NCBI GenBank assembly: GCA_038247415.1
Contig: JBBRUX010000053.1
Location: 1-24,798, forward strand
Reading direction: 5' to 3'
Source of the DNA: Chitinivibrionales bacterium
GTDB lineage: Bacteria > Fibrobacterota > Chitinivibrionia > Chitinivibrionales > WJKA01
Length of the DNA: 24,798 bases
Part shown: piece by piece, positions 18,521 through 24,798 of the stretch
Numbering within the stretch: position 1 is the stretch's first letter
Layout: every line of letters begins with the position of its first letter
Program-made: the position numbers and the translations under genes
Notes under the pieces: model-generated
Database searches by the model: none
What the model was told of the DNA's origin: nothing
Seen by the model: only the letters and a program-made list of their open reading frames with translations

Positions 18521-18537
18521 AGCGAATTTCATGCCAA
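18521..18537 (-). promoter_or_regulatory. Putative sigma54 (-24/-12) promoter upstream of the DHOD-like-ldhA pair
   Basis: TTGGCATGAAATTCGCT: GG-N10-GC spacing in a TTGGCA context. Confidence 0.55.
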
Positions 18538-18644
18538 TCCAAATACTTTCATGCATGAATAGTGGCAGCCAACACGCCTCATCGTAGGAGAATACATACT
18601 AATCGAAACATACCAGAAGCTTTGAGGGGAAGGTTATTTCGCTT

Positions 18645-18715
18645 AAAAAAAAGGGAAATTTACACTCGATAGAGCGAATGGCCCCATGCTGCATCCAGAA
18701 AAACAATACAGCATG
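18645..18715 (-). terminator. Possible terminator region after greA (two hairpins then a T8 tract)
   Basis: CATGCTGTATT...GATGCAGCATG stem (18685-18715), then an imperfect GGGG...TCCC stem followed by TTTTTTTT. Confidence 0.35.
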
Positions 18716-18739
18716 AGCACAAGATAAAGATCAGAGGAA

Positions 18740-19213
18740 TTACCCGATACTAATTTCAAGGATTTTATATCCAAGGACACCACGCGGCACCTGTATCTCG
18801 ACAGTATCGCCAACTTTTTTGCCAAGTAATGCTTTACCAATTGGAGAAGCAACAGAAATTTTTTCGTCGGTTGAACCTGCGTCAAATTCCGAAACAACAT
18901 GAAAAGTTTCCGGCTCAAGGGTTTTAGAATCTTCGACTACTACTTTCATGCCGATAATAATTTTATCGGTACGCATGTTGTTTTTGTCAATAATCTGAGA
19001 ACGCGCAATTTTATCGTTGAGTACAAGAATATAGCCTTCAATCCAGCCTAAGCGTTCACGAGCTGCGTGATAATCGGCATTTTCCTTGAGATCACCATTG
19101 CTCCGCGCCCATGCGATGCGCGCAATGACTTCTGGCTTTTCTTTAATAAGCCCTTCGAGATCTGCTTTGAGCTTGTCTAGATTTTCTTGAGTCACTAAAA
19201 TGCTATTATTCAT
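18740..19213 (-). CDS. greA: Transcription elongation factor GreA
   Basis: ARSNGDLKENADYHAARE and ISVASPIGKALLGK. ATG at 19213 gives the typical 157 aa. Confidence 0.96.
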   Translation of the reverse strand: MNNSILVTQENLDKLKADLEGLIKEKPEVIARIAWARSNGDLKENADYHAARERLGWIEGYILVLNDKIARSQIIDKNNMRTDKIIIGMKVVVEDSKTLEPETFHVVSEFDAGSTDEKISVASPIGKALLGKKVGDTVEIQVPRGVLGYKILEISIG

Positions 19214-19554
19214 GCTTAAACTCACCTGCACACAAAAGTTTGAATGATATAAGTAATCTGATATTAGTATTATATAATACATCAATCCGCATCAAAAATC
19301 GGCCCTTTTGGAGGATTTTTTTTTATCCGAGGCTTCACTTCCTTCGATTGTGGTGTCGTACCTGACTAACTATTACTCTGAAAAATAAACAGAACTATTT
19401 CCATAACACGTAAGACCTTAGGACGGCTTTTTTCTAAGATTGCATCCTTCTCTTAAGCCCAAACCCGATATATTTTAGCTAACTTACGCATACATGACAA
19501 AGTTTTTTTACTATCAATTTTAATTTTTTCACCTTCCCCGAAAGGATCTTTCTG

Positions 19555-20727
19555 ATGAAAAAAATCCCTCTTCTGCATTCGTTGATTGCATGTATTGTTT
19601 TGTTACCCATTGCAGTTTGCGCCCAGGGCATAGGCGGCGAGTGTAGCCCAAATGCCTTACGAGATGTTCAGCAATATAATTTTGCAATCCATATTCTTGC
19701 GATGCTGCTTGTTGGTTTTGGTTTTCTTATGGTGTTCGTTCGTCAATACGGTTATAGCGCGCTTACCGGCACATACCTTGTTGTTGCTGCGGGTATTCCT
19801 CTCTATATAGGTTTACGCAGCATAGGCATACTTTCTGCCGAACCAGTTGATGCGCATACTATTAAGGCCCTGCTCTTGGCTGAATTTGCCGTTGCATCGG
19901 CACTCATTGCAGCTGGAGCGGTACTTGGTCGGGTTCGCTTATATCAATATGCAATTCTTGCAATCATCATGATTCCCCTATATATGATCAACGAGCACCT
20001 TGTCCTTGATGGCGGACTTGCTGTTACGCGCGGTTTTGTTGATTCAGCAGGATCGGTTATCATTCACGCTTTTGGTGCGTATTTTGGACTAGGCCTTGCG
20101 GTAGCACTCACAAGCCAAAAACAACGTACAACCGATATTCCTTCGGACACTACTTCAAACCGATTCTCGATGGTTGGAGCATTGGTGCTATGGCTTTTTT
20201 GGCCAAGCTTTTGCAGTGCGGTGGTTCCCATGGAACAATGTGCAGCAACAGCCATCAACACTATTTTAGCACTCTGCGGAGCAACTGCAGCAACCTACCT
20301 TTGCAGCATGCTCTTTTCTAAAGGGAAAGTTCTCATTGGTGATATTGCAAATGCAGCCCTTGCGGGTGGAGTTGCCATTGGTGCAACCTGTAACGTTGTA
20401 AATGCGCCAACAGCGCTCTTGATTGGTGCGATAGCCGGCGCGCTCTGCGTGTTAGGATATGCCATTATTCAATCTCGGCTTCAAAAGCTTTTTAAAATTG
20501 TTGACACATGCGGCGTGCACAATCTTCATGGAATGCCTGGCCTTTTTGGTGGATTAATTGCGATACTTGTTGTTCCTGGAATTGCCAAAGCGCAACTTGC
20601 CGGCATTGGCATTACCGTGGTACTAGCACTCGTTGGTGGAGTTGTGAGCGGGTTTATTATTAAAGCAACCGGCAAAAAAGAGATCGTTTACGAAGATGCC
20701 GATGAATTTGCAAATTCTCAAGGCTAA
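19555..20727 (+). CDS. Rh50-type (Rhesus family) ammonia/CO2 channel
   Basis: AMLLVGFGFLMVFVRQYGYS, AEFAVASALIAAGAVLGR, IHAFGAYFGL, LWLFWPSF and DTCGVHNLHGMPG are Rh-family rather than AmtB signatures; N-terminal signal peptide. Confidence 0.9.
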   Translation: MKKIPLLHSLIACIVLLPIAVCAQGIGGECSPNALRDVQQYNFAIHILAMLLVGFGFLMVFVRQYGYSALTGTYLVVAAGIPLYIGLRSIGILSAEPVDAHTIKALLLAEFAVASALIAAGAVLGRVRLYQYAILAIIMIPLYMINEHLVLDGGLAVTRGFVDSAGSVIIHAFGAYFGLGLAVALTSQKQRTTDIPSDTTSNRFSMVGALVLWLFWPSFCSAVVPMEQCAATAINTILALCGATAATYLCSMLFSKGKVLIGDIANAALAGGVAIGATCNVVNAPTALLIGAIAGALCVLGYAIIQSRLQKLFKIVDTCGVHNLHGMPGLFGGLIAILVVPGIAKAQLAGIGITVVLALVGGVVSGFIIKATGKKEIVYEDADEFANSQG

Positions 20728-20757
20728 TTCTAAAAGCGTAAACAATGCTCTATGAAC

Positions 20758-20793
20758 AAAGGGCCGCGATAGCAATCCTATCGCGGCCCTTTT
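20758..20793. terminator. Intrinsic terminator, probably bidirectional
   Basis: AAAGGGCCGCGATAG-caatc-CTATCGCGGCCCTTTT: a perfect 15-bp stem between convergent genes. Confidence 0.9.
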
Positions 20794-20839
20794 AATTTTG
20801 TATGTTTATAAAACCGTGCGCAATAAACTTACGCGCGCT

Positions 20840-21421
20840 TCATGTGTTCTCTTTATAAACAAGATCGATTGCCAGCCCTGCGGCAAGCAAAAGCATTGTT
20901 TTTGCAGGATTGGATTCGCTACCGGTAAGAGAAATCATGTAATTATCGGCAGAGGTAAATAATTCTTTGCCAAGACCAGCCCATTTTTTGGTAACAGTCC
21001 CGATTTCTTTACCGAGGGCATCGATAAATTTAAAATTCCACCCTTTCCAATCTCCCTTAACTTCAGCAATCTGTTTATCGTTTGTGTCGTACACAAAAAA
21101 GCCACCACCCAGCGAAAAAAGCTTGCTCTTAAGGTAACCAACAACAACGCCTTGACTATTAAGGACTTGTACTTTAGCTCTTAAAATTTGCGGGCCTTTT
21201 TTGATGTAAAAAAGAGTTATGCCATGAGGGTCGTTAATAGCAATGGAACTTGGCAAAAGTTGCTTAGAAACCAAAAGCCGCAAAAGCTTAAAGAGCATAT
21301 TATTTGTTTCGAGGGCTTGTCCTACTTTTTGTCCTGTTGCAGGATCCAAGATGTCGTAAGTGTCCGACAGTCGTAAAAAGCTCACCTGTTCTTTAACTAA
21401 AAGTGTAGAGAGTGAAAGCAC
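20840..21421 (-). CDS. Phospholipid scramblase / LURP-one (tubby C-like) family protein
   Basis: DTYDILDP, KGDWKGWNF, VTKKWAGLGKELFTSADNY and LLAAGLAIDLVY. Confidence 0.8.
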   Translation of the reverse strand: MLSLSTLLVKEQVSFLRLSDTYDILDPATGQKVGQALETNNMLFKLLRLLVSKQLLPSSIAINDPHGITLFYIKKGPQILRAKVQVLNSQGVVVGYLKSKLFSLGGGFFVYDTNDKQIAEVKGDWKGWNFKFIDALGKEIGTVTKKWAGLGKELFTSADNYMISLTGSESNPAKTMLLLAAGLAIDLVYKENT

Positions 21422-21463
21422 GCGGAACTCCTGACAAAAGGTTTGTAAAAAAAATCTTTTAAA

Positions 21464-21712
21464 CTATCGTGAACGGCTGTGTTTAATCTCCCAGAGCATA
21501 TCGAGGTAAAGTCTTTCGACTTTTGTTTTTGCCCAAGGAGTACGCCTTAAAAACTTAAGACTTGACGCAACGCTAGGATCATTCAAAAAGCACTTAACGG
21601 GGATTCTATCTCCCAAAGCTTCCCATCCAAAAAAGGCCACCAATTCGGTGAGCATAGCCTCCAGGGTCACACCATGGAGCGGGTCTTTAGATTTAAGCGG
21701 TTCCGCAGTCAT
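21464..21712 (-). CDS. VF530 (DUF2132) family putative DNA-binding protein
   Basis: DPLHGVTLE...CFLNDPSVASSLKFLRRTPWA signature. Confidence 0.88.
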   Translation of the reverse strand: MTAEPLKSKDPLHGVTLEAMLTELVAFFGWEALGDRIPVKCFLNDPSVASSLKFLRRTPWAKTKVERLYLDMLWEIKHSRSR

Positions 21713-21906
21713 TCGTTATTTTCTCCGCATACCCGACCAACTTCACCAGATGCAAGACGAACCTTGATTCCGCGAGAATGAACCGATGACTTCGTAAGAA
21801 GGGCGCTCACAACACCCTTGGTTATTGCACCACTGCGCTGGTCTTTTTTCTGGATGATCAATACTCTTTGGCCCGGATATATTTCCGAGCGAGTGGTCCC
21901 ATTCAT
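21709..21906 (-). CDS. YwbE family protein
   Basis: KKDQRSG...LLTKSSVHSRGIKVRLASGEVGRV signature; ATGA overlap with the next gene. Confidence 0.88.
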   Translation of the reverse strand: MNGTTRSEIYPGQRVLIIQKKDQRSGAITKGVVSALLTKSSVHSRGIKVRLASGEVGRVCGENNE

Positions 21907-21933
21907 AGATTAGCTTTCTAGCGTCTAAAATCC

Positions 21934-23178
21934 TTAACGAGACTTCTTGACTTTTTTCTTCTTTTTTTCCCTAAGCCACTCTTCGTGTTCGTTGATGAGA
22001 TCTTGAGCACTTTTATCTTTTTTAAATAATTCGATGGTATGCTGATAGTCGTTTTTGTCTACTTTGAGAACCTCGATATTTTTATGCAAAAGTTCCTGAA
22101 TGGCATCGAGCGTTCCTTTTTCTTCGGTGCTTGCAAAAGAAATAGCACTCCCTTTGCGCACTCCCCTACCCGTTCTACCTATACGATGAACATAATTCTC
22201 TGGCTTTTCTGGCAGATCATAGTTTATCACAAAGTCAACATCGGGAATATCGATACCTCGAGCACTCACATCGGTTGCAATAAGCGTTAGGCATCTTCCC
22301 GATCTAAAATCAACCATGACTTGGGTACGATCTTTTTGTTCTTTTTCTCCATGAATAGAGAGTGTTGCGATATTAGCCCTCTCCATCGCCTTAACAACGC
22401 GCTCGGCACGAACTCGGGTTCTTACAAATACGATAATTTTTGTTTTAGGATGATCGGCAATAAAGCGCTCAAGAAAAAAGCGTTTATCATCTGCCTCTAC
22501 ATACATAACAAAATGAGAAATATTTTTTGACACAGGGTCATCGGGCGAAATCTGATAGCGGATAGCGGTGCTATTTACCTGAGAGAATGCTAGTTTTTTA
22601 ATTTCGGGATTAATAGTAGCCGAGAAAAAGAGTGTCTGATGTTTTGATACGAGCATTTTTTTGATATACTTAATATCTTCGATAAACCCTAAATCGAGCA
22701 TATGGTCGGCTTCATCGAGCACAAGCGTGCTAACCCCAGAAAGTTTAATGTGCCCCTGATGAATAAGATCAAACATCCGCCCCGGGGTTGCAATGAGGAT
22801 ATCTAATCCATCCTGTAAATTACGAATTTGATAGTCCTGCTCAACCCCACCCGTGAGAGCAAACACCTTAACTTTTGTATGATGAGCAAGCTTATTAAAG
22901 ACTTCTCCTATTTGTAAAGTAAGCTCCCGCGTGGGCACGAGCACGATGCATTTGATTCCTAAAGACCGCCTGCTTGTTTTATATCCATGAATTTTATCGA
23001 TAATGGGGATGGCGAATGCTGCGGTTTTCCCGGTTCCAGTTTGTGCAATGGCAAGAACGTCTTCGCCTTTGAGAATAGAAGGAATTGCCTTAAACTGGAT
23101 ATCGGTAGGACGAATAAAACCAAGCGTTGCAAGGTTTTCTTTAATATCACTGGAGATATTATAATCTTCGAATTTCAT
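21934..23178 (-). CDS. DEAD-box RNA helicase (RhlE-like)
   Basis: Q motif PTDIQ, AQTGTGKT, PTREL, TPGR, DEAD, SAT, ARGID and HRIGRTGR, plus a Lys-rich tail. Confidence 0.95.
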   Translation of the reverse strand: MKFEDYNISSDIKENLATLGFIRPTDIQFKAIPSILKGEDVLAIAQTGTGKTAAFAIPIIDKIHGYKTSRRSLGIKCIVLVPTRELTLQIGEVFNKLAHHTKVKVFALTGGVEQDYQIRNLQDGLDILIATPGRMFDLIHQGHIKLSGVSTLVLDEADHMLDLGFIEDIKYIKKMLVSKHQTLFFSATINPEIKKLAFSQVNSTAIRYQISPDDPVSKNISHFVMYVEADDKRFFLERFIADHPKTKIIVFVRTRVRAERVVKAMERANIATLSIHGEKEQKDRTQVMVDFRSGRCLTLIATDVSARGIDIPDVDFVINYDLPEKPENYVHRIGRTGRGVRKGSAISFASTEEKGTLDAIQELLHKNIEVLKVDKNDYQHTIELFKKDKSAQDLINEHEEWLREKKKKKVKKSR

Positions 23179-23300
23179 GTAACCCCATTTTAATAAGATG
23201 ATGCTTAGTCAAATATACTTTAAATGAGGTATAAAAGGGATATGTCGGCTATTTATTAGCCATTATGCAACAATATAGAAATTATCGTATCTTGTTGTAT

Positions 23301-23438
23301 TTATTCGTACCGCCGCGCCTCAGCCCTAAACGTATGATCTTTTTTGAGATGATGTGCCCGAGCATTAAGAATAAAACCGGCGAACACGAGAGGCATCGCC
23401 AGAAGGCAGATAAAGAGGCTGCTTGCATATCTCATCAT
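23301..23438 (-). CDS. Putative 45-aa small membrane or secreted peptide (or 5' gene remnant)
   Basis: MMRYASSLFICLLAMPLVFAGFILNARAHHLKKDHTFRAEARRYE, with a GAAAGGTGG RBS and one hydrophobic helix. Too short for the ORF track. Confidence 0.4.
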   Translation of the reverse strand: MMRYASSLFICLLAMPLVFAGFILNARAHHLKKDHTFRAEARRYE

Positions 23439-23676
23439 TTTAGATTCCACCTTTCACATAATGTCAATAAAAACTTTTGCAGGGCACTGTGGGGCCGAAC
23501 AATTGCGGCTATTTTGTATGCTTCAAGAGCAGAAAGAGCTTTGTGCGCAGCAGCCACAATATGCATTCCTACTTCAACGGCATGTTTTTCCAAGCGCGTT
23601 CCATGCCATAACAGTCCCAAATATGCACCACATTGCGTGCCATTAATATATATAGCCGTGTCAAGGGATTGGCACA

Positions 23677-23827
23677 ATGCTCGTTTATAGTGGAAACGGA
23701 AACTTCAAACAAGACGCTCATCAGTTTCGTCTTCAATACGAACTTCTATGGTATTCTTATTTTCTTGCTTTGTGAAGATTAGGAATTCGGCGGTGCTGTT
23801 GCGGATTTGGAGTTTTTTGGTATTCAT
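23677..23827 (-). pseudogene. RhuM family (virulence_RhuM) gene fragment, frameshifted and truncated
   Basis: MNTKKLQIRNSTAEFLIFTKQENKNTIEVRIEDET, then LMSVLFEVSVSTINEH in another frame, matching the RhuM N-terminus. GAGG RBS; similarity ends at about 23677. Confidence 0.8.
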
Positions 23828-24219
23828 GCGTAACCTCACTGTCAGAACACGATTTCGGGATTACTGGACGGGCAGGATTGGGAGTCACCAAGCTCTTATT
23901 GTAAACTCGTTTGAATTCAAGGCTCTTTGTGCCGAAGTTGATGAGCAGGCCATCTGCGATGTTATATGCTTCGCAATAGTTAATGGCTTGTGCTTTGTGA
24001 ACATCTTCAAGTTTTTCAACTGCTTTCAACTCAACCATTATGGCATTTTGGACAAAAAAATCAACCCTGTGCGTTCCAATGTGCATCTCACGATAGAATA
24101 TCGGCATTTCCTTTTCGCGCTCAAATGTGAGCCCCTGAAACTGCATCTCAATTGCCAATGCCCGCTGGTAAATCACTTCCTGAAAGCCGCTCCCAAGAGA
24201 AGAGTGAACCGCCATTGCG
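23757..24219 (-). pseudogene. GxxExxY protein (PD-(D/E)XK-like) lacking its 5' end
   Basis: AMAVHSSLGSGFQEVIYQRAL, RVDFFV, VELKA, AQAINY and GLLINFG. The usual first helix is replaced by KilA-N DNA. Confidence 0.82.
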
Positions 24220-24516
24220 ACCGGCTGTAGCCCGCAGTCCAATAGCGCTGGTTTTAGCAACCCATTCTTTTACACTGATTTTGTAGCTATTTAAACCAGC
24301 CTGACCTTTAATTATGGCGAATTCGCCATAATTAAAATCCGGGTTATGAATCTGTTCCCAAATACCCAAAAGCTCAACGGTATTACGATTGCGGAGCCAA
24401 TCGGATATAAAAAAATCGCCATCTTTGGCCTTAAGCATGTCTGTTAATGAAATAAAATCTTCATCGTTGACAGACATAATATTTATTTCAACGCCTTTAA
24501 CGATAATTTTACTCAT
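24148..24516 (-). pseudogene. KilA-N domain DNA-binding protein, 3'-truncated
   Basis: DFISLTDMLKAKDGDFFISDWLRNRNTVELLGIWEQIHNPDFN...AIGLRATAGRNGG. After about 24208 it runs out of frame in GxxExxY DNA. Confidence 0.85.
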
Positions 24517-24524
24517 ACCAGACC

Positions 24525-24546
24525 TCACCCTGAGCCTGTCGAAGGG
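24525..24546. repeat. REP-like element CCCTTCGACAGGCTCAGGGTGA
   Basis: A single copy of a widespread short dispersed repeat that translates as PSTGSG. It supplies the last codons and stop of hsdM. Confidence 0.55.
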
Positions 24547-24798
24547 TTCACCTTCTTCAAATTCTCCAAAATCACTTTATTCAATTTCTCCTCTTCCTTC
24601 AGTTGTTCCTCAAACTCCTTCTTCAGCCCCGTAAACCGTTCCTTAAAATCAAAATCCTCCTCATCATCCGGCAACCCGACATATCGCCCGGGTGTAAGCA
24701 CATAATCCAACTCTTTCACTCTCTGGACACTGGCAGAATTACAAAACCCTTTGACATCTTCGTATTTGCTTTTTACCTTCCGGGTCTGCGCCTTTGTA
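24525..24798 (-). CDS. hsdM: Type I restriction-modification methyltransferase subunit, 3' end (partial)
   Basis: Open frame from the window end: KYEDVKGFCNSAS...DYVLTPGRYVG...DFDFKERF, followed by a coiled-coil tail. Confidence 0.9.
   Translation of the reverse strand, partial: TKAQTRKVKSKYEDVKGFCNSASVQRVKELDYVLTPGRYVGLPDDEEDFDFKERFTGLKKEFEEQLKEEEKLNKVILENLKKVNPSTGSG

Noticed and set aside
18643..18918. 91-aa minus-strand ORF
   Set aside because: Alternative frame of greA with no recognisable motif.
19267..19280. Perfect palindrome GTATTATATAATAC between greA and the Rh50 gene
   Set aside because: AT-rich low-complexity sequence; no regulator can be assigned and chance occurrence is plausible.
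23265..23690. 141-aa plus-strand ORF and overlapping 80-aa and 61-aa ORFs
   Set aside because: No RBS or recognisable motif and atypical composition; likely spurious.
23748..24230. 160-aa plus-strand ORF
   Set aside because: Antisense shadow of the GxxExxY and RhuM sequences.
24148..24260. Programmed frameshift producing a functional KilA-N-GxxExxY fusion
   Set aside because: No slippery heptamer at the junction, and both domains lack conserved segments; deletion is the simpler explanation.
1..24798. CRISPR array, tRNA or rRNA genes, and the remaining short overlapping ORFs
   Set aside because: No regularly spaced repeats or tRNA/rRNA signatures were seen by eye; the other short ORFs lie within or antisense to well-supported genes.

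Overview
Bacterial chromosomal window (about 43% GC by eye, probably an anaerobe; the lineage cannot be fixed from sequence alone). It is mostly housekeeping genes: prmA, thiC, patB/malY, srkA, a GAF/HD-GYP phosphodiesterase, a dtxR-feoA-feoB-Cys-rich peptide iron-uptake operon, a THUMP RNA methyltransferase, a short MutY, a HAD hydrolase, ldhA with a DHOD-like flavoprotein, greA and a DEAD-box helicase. Both ends are disrupted. On the left, an ISL3-like IS end sits in the H-box of a membrane PAS histidine kinase. On the right is a decaying type I restriction-modification locus: the 3' end of hsdM, a KilA-N/GxxExxY chimera joined at a microhomology, and a frameshifted, truncated RhuM fragment, with no hsdS in view. 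Other notable items are an Rh50-type rather than AmtB-type ammonia channel, a MutY without an Fe-S cluster, a probably leaderless autoregulated dtxR, structured leaders before thiC and the kinase, and a degenerate copy of the DHOD-like gene start in its own upstream region. I found no rRNA, tRNA or CRISPR array, and no clearly new multi-gene system can be demonstrated from the sequence alone.
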